Position numbers and translations under genes: made by a program. DNA of 64,000 bases from positions 98,418 to 162,417 of the forward strand of contig CAKVAX010000003.1 in the NCBI GenBank assembly GCA_934725425.1, in the 5' to 3' direction. Of the stretch, positions 32,519 through 41,475 are shown one piece after another. Positions within the stretch are counted from its first letter, which is position 1; every line of letters starts with the position of its first letter. Origin of the DNA: an uncultured Eubacteriales bacterium. GTDB lineage: Bacteria; Bacillota; Clostridia; Oscillospirales; Acutalibacteraceae. Under the pieces are notes generated by a model. That model did not search any database, was not told where the DNA came from, and saw only the letters and a program-made list of their open reading frames with translations.

Positions 32519-33151
32519 ATGTACGAAAATGTAATGATAATGGATCACCCGCTTATACAGCACAAAATTTCCCTTTTAAGAGATAAAAATACCAGTTCCA
32601 AAGAATTCAGAGAACTCATTAGCGAAGTGACAATGCTTATGTGTTACGAATCTTTAAGAGATTTACCTCTTAAAGAGATTGAAATAGAAACTCCAATCGC
32701 CAAAGCAAAAACAAAAGTTTTGGGCGAAAAGCACATTGCATTTGTTCCGGTTTTAAGAGCGGGACTTGGAATGGTTGAGGGCGTAGTCAATATGGTACCT
32801 ACAGCCAGAGTGGGACATATTGGACTTTACAGAGACCCCGAAACATTGCAAGCTGTGGAGTATTATTGTAAATTGCCCGTAGATATTGATAAAAGCGATG
32901 TTATTATTTTAGACCCTATGCTAGCTACAGGCGGAACAGCTATTGATGCTATAAATTGTGTAAAAAAGAGAAATCCACACTCCGTTAAATTCATGTGCAT
33001 AATTGCTTCAAATCCGGGAATAGAAGCTCTCACAAAAGCTCACCCTGATGTTAAAATTTATTGCGCAGTTAAAGATGAAAAACTCAATGATAAAAGCTAT
33101 ATACTTCCGGGTCTTGGAGATGCCGGAGACAGAATTTTTGGAACAAAATAA
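32519..33151 (+). CDS. upp: uracil phosphoribosyltransferase
   Basis: Start moved to ATG 32519 (SD ggagga). HPLIQHK, the PRPP loop DPMLATGGT, and [12 protein letters not shown]. Confidence 0.93.
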   Translation: MYENVMIMDHPLIQHKISLLRDKNTSSKEFRELISEVTMLMCYESLRDLPLKEIEIETPIAKAKTKVLGEKHIAFVPVLRAGLGMVEGVVNMVPTARVGHIGLYRDPETLQAVEYYCKLPVDIDKSDVIILDPMLATGGTAIDAINCVKKRNPHSVKFMCIIASNPGIEALTKAHPDVKIYCAVKDEKLNDKSYILPGLGDAGDRIFGTK

Positions 33152-33175
33152 ATACAAACAGAAGGAATTGTAAAT

Positions 33176-35047
33176 ATGGGGAATATAAAAAACAGCATTT
33201 GGCGATTTGTTAAGAAATATAGAAAATATGCTTTGTTCTTTTGCGATTTTATTATATGGAATTTATCTTTTTATATTTCTTATGCAATAAATAAAAATTG
33301 TTTGACATTTGTGTCGGTGGACGAGAGATTTTTTGAATATTTGGCTATAATGAACATTTGTTTTATCGCAATGTTTTTAGCTTTTAAGCTTTATGACAAA
33401 ATATGGCGCTATGCGGATGTAGAAGATTTCTTTTACGCCGGTTTGGCCACGCTTTGCGCTAATTTTATGTTTTTTGTATTAACTCGTATTTTCATGATTA
33501 AAATGAGTCCTCGTATGCATTTTATATTTTTGCTTACGTCGATGTCTGCTATAGTGATTTTTAGGCTTATCTACAGGATAAATCGCCTTATTGATAATGT
33601 TTCCAACGAAGATGTCAAAAATAAAAAACGCATGCTTATTGTCGGAGCGGGCGAGTCCACAGCTTTGCTTTTGAGAGAGATGTACAAATATTCCGGAAAT
33701 AAATATCTCCCTATTGCGATTGTTGACGATGATAACGAAAAAATAGGAAGAAAAATTTTGGGAATCAGAGTGGAAGGCTCTACCAACCAAATTCCTGAAC
33801 TGTGCGAAAAATTTAACATAGAAGTTATATTATTTTCTATAAGTTCAATTTCTTTGGCTCAAAGAAGAAGAATTTTAGATATCTGCGCAAAAACTAATTT
33901 GGAAGTTCGAATTATCCCTAATATGTACGAAGTCCTGACGTCTGGTACGTCTTTAAATTCAGCGATAAGAAAAATAAAAGTCGAGGATTTACTTGGTAGA
34001 GAGCCTATAATATTTGATAAAAATAAATACGGTGGATATGTACAGCAAAAAACTGTACTTGTTACCGGCGGCGGCGGATCTATAGGCTCCGAACTTTGCA
34101 GACAAATTGCCGAACTCGGATGTAAACGTCTTATAATTTTGGATGTTTATGAGAACAACGCATATGATATTCAGCAAGAATTGAAAATGAAATACGGCGA
34201 CGATTTGAATTTATCGGTTGAAATAGCTACAATTTGCGATAAAAAAGAGCTTGAAGATATATTTAAAAAAGAAAATATAGACGTCGTATTTCATGCTGCT
34301 GCTCACAAACATGTTCCTTTAATGGAAAAAAATCCTGAAGAAGCTGTAAAAAATAACGTATTCGGAACTTTAAATTTGATTGAGTGCTCGCATAAGTTTA
34401 ATGTTAAAAAATTTGTTCAAATTTCCACTGATAAAGCAGTAAACCCAACCAATGTTATGGGCGCCACCAAGCGAATTTGTGAGATGCTTGTTCAAATGGA
34501 AAATGTAAAAAGTAATACTGAATTTGTAGCGGTTCGTTTTGGAAATGTTCTTGGTTCAAATGGTTCTGTAATACCTCTTTTTGAGGAACAAATTAAAAAA
34601 ATGGGTCCTGTTACAGTTACTCATCCCGATATAATAAGGTATTTTATGACAATCCCTGAGGCAGTGTCACTGGTGTTAACTGCGGGAGGAATCGCAAAAG
34701 GCGGCGAAATTTTTATTTTAGATATGGGAGACCCTGTAAAAATTAAAGATTTAGCCGAAAATCTTATACGTCTTTCCGGCTACACTCCCGGCGAAGATAT
34801 AAAAATTGAATACACCGGATTAAGACCGGGAGAAAAATTGTATGAGGAACTTCTGATGGATGAGGAAGGCATACAAAAAACAAAAAGCCGAAAAATTTAT
34901 ATCGGAAAGCCCATATTACTGGATGAAACTTGCTTGACGCAGGATCTGGAAGAACTTAAAAATATATGCGATAAAGGTTCTAAAGAAGAAATAATAAAAA
35001 TGCTTTTGAAAATAGTGCCTACCTTTAAAACTAATATTTTGCAGTAA
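33176..35047 (+). CDS. membrane-anchored nucleotide-sugar 4,6-dehydratase, CapD/PglF/EpsC-like
   Basis: About 4 N-terminal TM helices and two Rossmann-like domains (VTGGGGSIGSEL; ISTDKAVNPTNVMGATKR). Confidence 0.85.
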   Translation: MGNIKNSIWRFVKKYRKYALFFCDFIIWNLSFYISYAINKNCLTFVSVDERFFEYLAIMNICFIAMFLAFKLYDKIWRYADVEDFFYAGLATLCANFMFFVLTRIFMIKMSPRMHFIFLLTSMSAIVIFRLIYRINRLIDNVSNEDVKNKKRMLIVGAGESTALLLREMYKYSGNKYLPIAIVDDDNEKIGRKILGIRVEGSTNQIPELCEKFNIEVILFSISSISLAQRRRILDICAKTNLEVRIIPNMYEVLTSGTSLNSAIRKIKVEDLLGREPIIFDKNKYGGYVQQKTVLVTGGGGSIGSELCRQIAELGCKRLIILDVYENNAYDIQQELKMKYGDDLNLSVEIATICDKKELEDIFKKENIDVVFHAAAHKHVPLMEKNPEEAVKNNVFGTLNLIECSHKFNVKKFVQISTDKAVNPTNVMGATKRICEMLVQMENVKSNTEFVAVRFGNVLGSNGSVIPLFEEQIKKMGPVTVTHPDIIRYFMTIPEAVSLVLTAGGIAKGGEIFILDMGDPVKIKDLAENLIRLSGYTPGEDIKIEYTGLRPGEKLYEELLMDEEGIQKTKSRKIYIGKPILLDETCLTQDLEELKNICDKGSKEEIIKMLLKIVPTFKTNILQ

Positions 35048-35056
35048 TTTCGAATA

Positions 35057-35096
35057 AAAAAGCACGCTGTTTAAACAGTGTGCTTTAAATTTTTTA
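35057..35096. terminator. bidirectional terminator between capD-like (+) and rnhA (-)
   Basis: Stem aaagcacgctgtt / aacagtgtgcttt (one G-U pair) flanked by an A-run and a T-run. Its 3' arm lies in the last rnhA codons. Confidence 0.65.
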
Positions 35097-35517
35097 TGGC
35101 ATCTGTCGCCAATTTATCACATATTTCATTTTCGTGATGCCCGTTGTGACCCTTTACCCATATAAAACTTGATTTATGATGAGAAAGTAAATTTAAAAGT
35201 TTTTCCCATAAATCGGAATTTAAAGCAGGCTTATTATCGGACTTTTTCCATCCGTTTTTTTTCCATTTTTCCGCCCAGCCTTTGGTTATTCCATCACATA
35301 AATATTTTGAATCTGTGCATATTATTATTTCGCAGGGTTCTTTTAATATTTCTAAAGATTTTATGAGAGCAGTTAGTTCCATTCGATTATTAGTCGTATT
35401 AATTTCTGCTCCCGAAATTTTTTTCGTGTAAGAATTGTACTTAAGCATCGCGCCCCATCCTCCGGGCCCTGGATTTCCGCTGCATGCACCATCTGTGAAT
35501 ATCTCTATTTTTTTCAT
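35071..35517 (-). CDS. rnhA: ribonuclease HI
   Basis: IEIFTDGACSGNPGPGGWG...NNRMEL...TDSKY...GHNGHHENE (DEDD catalytic pattern). Confidence 0.9.
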   Translation of the reverse strand: MKKIEIFTDGACSGNPGPGGWGAMLKYNSYTKKISGAEINTTNNRMELTALIKSLEILKEPCEIIICTDSKYLCDGITKGWAEKWKKNGWKKSDNKPALNSDLWEKLLNLLSHHKSSFIWVKGHNGHHENEICDKLATDAIKNLKHTV

Positions 35518-35574
35518 TTGAAATCCTTTCTGTTAGACATGATTTTAAAAATTGGTTTATTCTGGAATTAAAGG

Positions 35575-35603
35575 TTGACAATACGGCTATTATGAAGTAT
35601 AAT
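35575..35603 (+). promoter_or_regulatory. consensus sigma-A promoter for rnj
   Basis: TTGACA (35575-35580), a 17-nt spacer and TATAAT (35598-35603). It predicts a 5' UTR of about 140 nt. Confidence 0.6.
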
Positions 35604-35622
35604 GAAAGTAATATTTAGTGTA

Positions 35623-35667
35623 CGGATTTATTTTATATTTTTTTGTTCGGATTTATTTTATATTTTT
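35623..35667 (+). repeat. two tandem copies (25-bp period) of cggatttattttatattttt in the rnj 5' UTR
   Basis: Identical 20-mers at 35623-35642 and 35648-35667. Confidence 0.8.
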
Positions 35668-35747
35668 ATATTATGTATTTTTTCAATCATTTTATTTGGT
35701 TGATTTTATTCTTATGTTGAATATTTAAAAATTAGGGAGGTAATATT

Positions 35748-37643
35748 TTGAAAGAAGCAATAAAAGAAGTAACTAAAAAGTCTGTTAAAAAGGTAAATGA
35801 AAATACTAAAAGCAAAAGAAACACTGTGAAAAATTATAGCACAGATGAAAAAATAAATAAAATGTCCGATTCTAAATCCGAATCTACAAAAATAAAAAAG
35901 ACACGTAAATCCGATTCTATAAAGAATACTAACAGCAACAGAAAGTTCCAAAAGGAGCGTTCAAAGAAAGCAACTTCAAAAAATTCAAAATCTATTAAAG
36001 TTGTGTTTTTGGGTGGATTGAATCAGATAGGAAAAAATATAACCGCTTTTGAATGCGACAATGAAATTATCATAGTTGATTGCGGAATGTCTTTCCCGGA
36101 CGGCGAAATGTTAGGGGTAGATTTGGTAATCCCCGATTTTTCATACTTAGAAGCCAATAAAGACAAAATAAAAGGACTCGTAGTAACGCATGGGCACGAA
36201 GATCACATTGGAGCGATTCCGTATCTTCTTAATAAAATAAACGTTCCCATCTATGCAACGCCGCTTACTATCGGGCTTATTACAAGCAAGCTTAAAGAAA
36301 ACAGGATTCTTGGTAGCACCAAATTGACAACTGTAATGCCGGGCGAAACCATAAGTTTAGGTTGTATGAATGTTGAATTTATCAGAGTAAATCATTCTAT
36401 TCCGGATGCCGTAGGTTTGGCGATACATTCTCCTGCAGGTACAATAGTTCATACCGGAGACTTCAAAATTGACTGCACTCCGTCACGTGGCGAAATGATA
36501 GATTTAGCAAGATTTGCTGAGCTTGGAAAACAGGGAGTTTTGGCTCTCATGGCAGATTCGACCAATGCAGAGCGTCCGGGATATACTATGACTGAACGTA
36601 AGCTTGACCAGTCTTTTGAAAGACTTTTCCAAAAAGCCAAAAATAAGAGGATAATAATTGCAACTTTTGCCTCAAACATAGGAAGAATTCAACAGATAAT
36701 AAATTGTGCGGCAAATTACGGCAAAAAAGTTGCGTTTTCAGGCAGAAGTATGGTAAATTATGTTGCTATAGCCCAACAAATGAACTATTTGGATGCTCCC
36801 GACGGAGTAATTATAGATATTGACTTAATAACAAAGTATGCAAAAAATGAGGTTGTTCTTGTCACAACAGGTAGTCAGGGCGAGCCTATGTCTGCACTCC
36901 ATAGAATGGCTCTTTCGGAGCACCGCAAAGTGGAAGTCGGTCCTGAAGACTTTATAATTATCTCTGCAACTCCTATTCCCGGAAATGAAAAAATGGTGGG
37001 CAATGTTGTCAATGAACTTATGAAATTAGGGTGTGAAGTTGTATATGAATCTATGTACGAAATTCACGTTTCGGGTCATGCTTGCCAAGAGGAACTTAAA
37101 ATAATTCAAGGTCTTGTTAAGCCTCAATATTTTATTCCTGTCCATGGTGAAAGAAGGCACTTGGTTAAACACGCTGAGCTTGCTTTGTCTATGGGAATGC
37201 CTGACTCAAATGTTTATGTCGGCGATACCGGAGATGTTTTGGAAATAAATAAAAACAGTATGAAAAAAATTGGCCAAATCCCGCTTGAGCTGGTCTTAGT
37301 GGATGGTATAGGAGTTGGCGATGTAGGAAGTATAGTTCTAAGAGACCGTAAACATCTTGGCGAAGATGGTTTGATTGTTTTGGTTGCCACCTTGGATTCT
37401 AACGACAAACATGTAATAGCCGGCCCGGATATTGTTTCAAGAGGATTTGTATATGTCAGAGAATCCGAACATTTGATGGCCGAAGCCAGAAGGGTAGCTA
37501 TGAAAGTTTTGGAAAGTTGTGCTGATCAAAAAATGCGTGACTGGAGTATGATGAAAACTAAAGTAAGAGATGAACTTTACAGATTATTCCACAATAGAAC
37601 TCGAAGAAATCCTGTCATTTTACCCATAATTATGGAAGTTTAA
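35748..37643 (+). CDS. rnj: ribonuclease J with a Lys/Ser-rich N-terminal extension of about 85 aa (TTG start)
   Basis: beta-CASP MBL with HGHEDHIG, and a core starting at IKVVFLGGLNQIGKN. TTG 35748 follows SD gggagg, so the basic extension appears to be translated. Confidence 0.88.
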   Translation: MKEAIKEVTKKSVKKVNENTKSKRNTVKNYSTDEKINKMSDSKSESTKIKKTRKSDSIKNTNSNRKFQKERSKKATSKNSKSIKVVFLGGLNQIGKNITAFECDNEIIIVDCGMSFPDGEMLGVDLVIPDFSYLEANKDKIKGLVVTHGHEDHIGAIPYLLNKINVPIYATPLTIGLITSKLKENRILGSTKLTTVMPGETISLGCMNVEFIRVNHSIPDAVGLAIHSPAGTIVHTGDFKIDCTPSRGEMIDLARFAELGKQGVLALMADSTNAERPGYTMTERKLDQSFERLFQKAKNKRIIIATFASNIGRIQQIINCAANYGKKVAFSGRSMVNYVAIAQQMNYLDAPDGVIIDIDLITKYAKNEVVLVTTGSQGEPMSALHRMALSEHRKVEVGPEDFIIISATPIPGNEKMVGNVVNELMKLGCEVVYESMYEIHVSGHACQEELKIIQGLVKPQYFIPVHGERRHLVKHAELALSMGMPDSNVYVGDTGDVLEINKNSMKKIGQIPLELVLVDGIGVGDVGSIVLRDRKHLGEDGLIVLVATLDSNDKHVIAGPDIVSRGFVYVRESEHLMAEARRVAMKVLESCADQKMRDWSMMKTKVRDELYRLFHNRTRRNPVILPIIMEV

Positions 37644-37746
37644 TTAAATAACCTAAAAAAAGCTGGAGAATTATTCAATTAATGAGTATAATATTTTTAA
37701 CTACTTATTTTATTGAAAGTTCTTCAGTTTTTTAAGAGGTGATATT

Positions 37747-39693
37747 TTGAAAAATTATAAATTTTTCGTATGTAGTGTTTTTTGTTTTATATTTTTCTTG
37801 ATGGTTTTAATAAATTTGCCTGCATTCATCATTAGCCCAATAATATTTTTAATCAATGTAGGGATAATATCTATATCCGCTTTGATAGTTTACTTTTTGG
37901 CTAAAAGTTATGAATCTTATATTAAAAACTCAGCCAATGCGGTAAGAAAATTTTTATCTTCAGAATCATATCAATTAATAGACGATTTGCCCATTCCTAC
38001 GGCAATCGTTGCAGAAAAAAGCCCCGAAAAAATTATTTTTTACAATAAAGATTTTGCAAAAGAATTTTGTAGGAGCAATTATTTTACAGATGAGTATATT
38101 GCTTCGTACACAGATGGCAGAACCGCTCACGACTTATTGAAGGAAAGTATTCAAATTAAGCATGAGAACAAATTTTTCAATGTAAGTGCAGTTAAATCAG
38201 GAGAATTTTTAATTTGTTTTTTCTATGACAATACAAGCAGCAAAATTTTTAGGAAAAAGTTTATAGATACTCGCCCTTGTGTGGGATTTGTAATGTTTGA
38301 TAATAAAGAAGAATTGCGCCAAGAAGCAAACGATGAAAAAAGTTCTATGATATCAATTAGTGTAGAAAACGAACTGCAACAATGGATAAAAAGTGCCAGC
38401 GGAATATTTAAAAAGTTGAGCGACGGAAAATATTTTGTGATGTTTGAAGAAAAATACTTAAAAGAATTTATTTCCGATAAGTTTAAAATTTTAAACAGGG
38501 TTCACGATGCAAAACTTGATGAACATAGATACGCGACAATATCTGTAGGTATAAGTAGGGGAGCGAAAAGTCTGGAAGAAGCTGCTCAGTGGGCAAAAAG
38601 TGCTTTGAGTATGTCTCTTGGAAGAGGCGGAGATCAAGTTTCTGTAAAGCATAATAACGAATATGAATTTTTTGGAGGAAATTCTCAAGGACTCGAAAAA
38701 AGAAGTAAAGTTCGCACAAGGGTTGTAGCAATGGCGCTTATGGAAAAGATTAAAGCCAGTGACTCGATATTCATAATGGGGCATAAATTTTCTGATTTTG
38801 ATAGTATTGGCGCAGCTGTTGGAGTTTGGAGCGCATGTATTGCGTTAAAAAAGAAAAAATCTTATATAGTGGTCGATAAAAATAAATCTATGGCAGGCAT
38901 GGCTATAGACCATTTTCAAAAAAATGTTTCTGACGATGCTTTTATTTTTCCTATGGACGCGCTTTCTATGATGGATGAAAATTCATTACTTGTGGTGGTG
39001 GATACACATTCTTTAAAATTTTTAGAAAGCATGGATGTGTACAAGAAAACCAAACATGTTGTCGTAATAGATCATCACAGAATGAGCGTGGATAAAATAA
39101 AAAACGCAGTTGTGTTTTTCCACGAACCGTTTGCTTCATCCGCGTGTGAAATGGTAACCGAACTGGTGCAATATATGGGCAATAAAGTATTAAATAAAAC
39201 TGCAGCAGAATGCCTATTGGCAGGGATAATGCTTGACACTAAAAGTTTTTCACTGAAATCAGGGATAAGGACGTTTGAAGCAGCGGCTTACCTCAAGAAA
39301 AACGGAGCTGATAATGCTGAAGTGAAAAAGATGTTTGCCAACCCTATTGACATGTATAAATTAAGGTGTAAAATAATGGAGACAGCCCAAACCATACGCG
39401 AATGCGCGATAGCAAAGCTTGAAAATCAGTCCAAAGATTTTAGAATTCCATGTTCTCAGGCCGCAGATGAACTTTTAAATATAAAAAACGTAAAAGCTTC
39501 GTTTGTTATTTCAAAGTTTAACGGTGTCGTTAATATATCTGCAAGGTCTCTGGGCGAAATTAACGTCCAGGTTATAATGGAAAAGCTTGGAGGTGGGGGA
39601 CATTATAATATGTCCGCAGCTCAAATTCCGGATATTAGTATAGAGGACGCCGAAAAAAAATTAATAAGTATTATAGAAGAAAAATTATCATAA
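37747..39693 (+). CDS. gdpP: c-di-AMP phosphodiesterase GdpP (YybT) (TTG start)
   Basis: Two N-terminal TM helices, a PAS-like and a degenerate GGDEF-like region, then DHH (VVDTHS, IDHHR) and DHHA1 (GGGGH). gdpP-rplI synteny matches Bacillus. Confidence 0.85.
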   Translation: MKNYKFFVCSVFCFIFFLMVLINLPAFIISPIIFLINVGIISISALIVYFLAKSYESYIKNSANAVRKFLSSESYQLIDDLPIPTAIVAEKSPEKIIFYNKDFAKEFCRSNYFTDEYIASYTDGRTAHDLLKESIQIKHENKFFNVSAVKSGEFLICFFYDNTSSKIFRKKFIDTRPCVGFVMFDNKEELRQEANDEKSSMISISVENELQQWIKSASGIFKKLSDGKYFVMFEEKYLKEFISDKFKILNRVHDAKLDEHRYATISVGISRGAKSLEEAAQWAKSALSMSLGRGGDQVSVKHNNEYEFFGGNSQGLEKRSKVRTRVVAMALMEKIKASDSIFIMGHKFSDFDSIGAAVGVWSACIALKKKKSYIVVDKNKSMAGMAIDHFQKNVSDDAFIFPMDALSMMDENSLLVVVDTHSLKFLESMDVYKKTKHVVVIDHHRMSVDKIKNAVVFFHEPFASSACEMVTELVQYMGNKVLNKTAAECLLAGIMLDTKSFSLKSGIRTFEAAAYLKKNGADNAEVKKMFANPIDMYKLRCKIMETAQTIRECAIAKLENQSKDFRIPCSQAADELLNIKNVKASFVISKFNGVVNISARSLGEINVQVIMEKLGGGGHYNMSAAQIPDISIEDAEKKLISIIEEKLS

Positions 39694-39715
39694 ATAACAG
39701 AATGGAGAATGAACC

Positions 39716-40162
39716 ATGAAAGTAATTTTGTTAGAAGACGTGAGAAAAAAAGGAAAAAAAGGAGATATCATAAATGTTTCAGACGGATATGCTCAGAATT
39801 TTCTATTTCCAAAAAACTTGGCGAAAGAGGCCACTGCACAAGCTCTTAGCGAGTTAAACAGCAAAAAAGCCTCAGAAATTTATGAAGAAGGTCTTAAAAA
39901 AGAAGAAGCAGAAAAAATATTTTCGATGATAAACGAAAAAATTATCAGTATACAAGCCAAATCAGGTTCAGAAGGGAAATTATTTGGATCTGTAACGTCC
40001 AAAGATATAGCTCAAAAAATTAAAGATACATATCAAATTACTATAAATAAGCACAAGATTAATTTGGAAACCGAAATTAAAGCATTTGGAACATATAAAT
40101 TTACTATAAAACTTTATCCCCAAATAGTAGCCACCATGGCTGTTATGGTAACCGAGAAATAA
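39716..40162 (+). CDS. rplI: 50S ribosomal protein L9
   Basis: MKVILLEDV...[18 protein letters not shown] signature. Confidence 0.95.
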   Translation: MKVILLEDVRKKGKKGDIINVSDGYAQNFLFPKNLAKEATAQALSELNSKKASEIYEEGLKKEEAEKIFSMINEKIISIQAKSGSEGKLFGSVTSKDIAQKIKDTYQITINKHKINLETEIKAFGTYKFTIKLYPQIVATMAVMVTEK

Positions 40163-40167
40163 AAATA

Positions 40168-40208
40168 ATCCCCTCATATCAGAACAATCCGGTATGAGGG
40201 GATTTTTA
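40168..40208 (+). terminator. intrinsic terminator after rplI
   Basis: 11-bp stem atcccctcata (40168-40178) / tatgaggggat (40193-40203), followed by a T-run. Confidence 0.8.
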
Positions 40209-40228
40209 TGCGATTTAAAATTATTATT

Positions 40229-40438
40229 TTACTTTTTTGCTAAATAATCACGAAATTGTTGAAAGTTATAGAAAAAACTTGGTTCGTACTTGTTATCCTG
40301 AATACGTACAAACGAGATTACACCTGTATTTTCGAGTTCATTCTTGCTAGGATGTGGAACGAAAATAGAAATTTCTTCAAGCACTGTTTTAACACTTTTT
40401 TCATTTTCATAAAAAGCATTAGGAATACAGTTCATCAT
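40229..40438 (-). CDS. hypothetical 69-aa ORF, possibly the detached 3' part of the upstream gene
   Basis: Its reading frame stays open upstream to 40516 and overlaps the end of ORF 40471-40830 in the -1 frame. It re-encodes an EEQERLKREE motif. Confidence 0.35.
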   Translation of the reverse strand: MMNCIPNAFYENEKSVKTVLEEISIFVPHPSKNELENTGVISFVRIQDNKYEPSFFYNFQQFRDYLAKK

Positions 40439-40458
40439 ATTACCTTTTTCAGCTCTTT

Positions 40459-40530
40459 CTTCTTCGCGCTTTAATCTTTCTTGCTCCTCGCGTTGCTTCC
40501 TTCTTCGCGCTTTAGTCTATCTTGTTCTTC
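40459..40530 (-). repeat. imperfect direct duplication (31-bp unit, 41-bp period, 27/31 identical)
   Basis: Plus strand: cttcttcgcgctttaatctttcttgctcctc (40459-40489) versus cttcttcgcgctttagtctatcttgttcttc (40500-40530). Confidence 0.75.
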
Positions 40531-40830
40531 TTTCTGTTTTTTATCCGATTTTTTATTTTTTTGCAAGTTGTCTTTAGGCTGATTTTTTGGGTTGGAATTA
40601 TCATTTTTTGTGACTAAATTTTGTATAGGTTCTCCAAATATAGCTGTAGCCACAAAGGCAGGAACTGCAACTGCCAATACATTTTTAGCTATGTTTAGGT
40701 AACGTCTGATGGTAGTGTTATTTTTCGGAACTACGTCGTCTTTTTGAATAGCGTTTAACTGACTTGTACACAAATTAGATGAACCTACTATTGTCAAAAC
40801 AGCGAGTGCACTTGAAATAAACTTCTTCAT
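40471..40830 (-). CDS. hypothetical exported/membrane protein with a Lys/Glu-rich tail
   Basis: N-terminal signal-like segment MKKFISSALAVLTIVGSS, a second hydrophobic helix NVLAVAVPAFVATAIFG, and a charged tail ending EEQDRLKREEGSNARSKKD. It has an SD ggagga and a consensus promoter. Confidence 0.55.
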   Translation of the reverse strand: MKKFISSALAVLTIVGSSNLCTSQLNAIQKDDVVPKNNTTIRRYLNIAKNVLAVAVPAFVATAIFGEPIQNLVTKNDNSNPKNQPKDNLQKNKKSDKKQKEEQDRLKREEGSNARSKKD

Positions 40831-40864
40831 GATACATCCTCCACATATTTAATATGTTAATCAT

Positions 40865-40893
40865 ATTATAACTTAAATTTTAACTTTTGTCAA
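40865..40893 (-). promoter_or_regulatory. consensus sigma-A promoter for ORF 40471-40830
   Basis: Minus-sense TTGACA (40893-40888), 17 nt, TATAAT (40870-40865). Confidence 0.55.
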
Positions 40894-40960
40894 TGTAATA
40901 GCGCATAAATATTTAAGTTGTTAGATGGGTTTAAATTAGTAGGAAAAGATTAATATATTC

Positions 40961-40991
40961 AAAAAAGCAGCTATTTACAAGCTGCTTTTTT
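40961..40991. terminator. bidirectional-type terminator after nifU (-)
   Basis: aaaaaagcagc (40961-40971) / gctgctttttt (40981-40991), a perfect stem with A/T runs on both sides. Confidence 0.8.
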
Positions 40992-40998
40992 AATATGA

Positions 40999-41439
40999 TT
41001 ATTTGTGTTCAACCGGGCAAGAACCGTGACAATCTGTATCAATTTTTCCTACTATCGGAGTAGGATCTATTCCTTTTTTTGTGTAGTAATCGGCCAAAGC
41101 AGCTCTTATGGCCTGTTCGGCAAGGACCGAACAATGAACTTTAACCGGAGGAAGCCCGTCCAGAGCTTCCATTACGGCTTTGTTTGTAACTTTGAGGGCA
41201 TCTTCTATACTTTTTCCTTTAACAAGTTCAGTTGCCATAGAACTTGTCGCCACAGCTGCTCCGCATCCGAAAGTTTTAAATTTCACATCGGTTATGACGC
41301 CGTCTTCTATTTTGAGATACATTTTCATTATATCTCCGCATTTTGGATTTCCGACTTCGCCTATTCCGTCAGCATTTTCAATTTCTCCTACATTTCTGGG
41401 ATTTGCAAAGTGGTCCATTACTTTTTCGCTGTAATTCAC
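40999..41439 (-). CDS. nifU: Fe-S cluster scaffold NifU/IscU-type
   Basis: Three scaffold Cys motifs: GNPKCGD, FGCGAAVATS and VHCSVLA. Confidence 0.92.
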   Translation of the reverse strand: MNYSEKVMDHFANPRNVGEIENADGIGEVGNPKCGDIMKMYLKIEDGVITDVKFKTFGCGAAVATSSMATELVKGKSIEDALKVTNKAVMEALDGLPPVKVHCSVLAEQAIRAALADYYTKKGIDPTPIVGKIDTDCHGSCPVEHK

Positions 41440-41475
41440 TTAATTTTCAACTCCTTGATTTTTAAATGTTTAAAA

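Noticed and set aside
35623-35667. Tandem 20-mers considered as a possible mini CRISPR or other repeat array.
   Set aside because: There are only two copies with a 5-nt spacer, no cas genes, and the repeats sit inside a 5' UTR. I kept them as a regulatory-repeat observation instead.
40474-40516. Programmed -1 ribosomal frameshifting as the explanation for the split gene.
   Set aside because: I found no canonical X-XXY-YYZ slippery heptamer and no downstream stimulatory structure in the overlap. An indel or duplication-derived disruption is the simpler reading, and it is kept as an open question in the findings.
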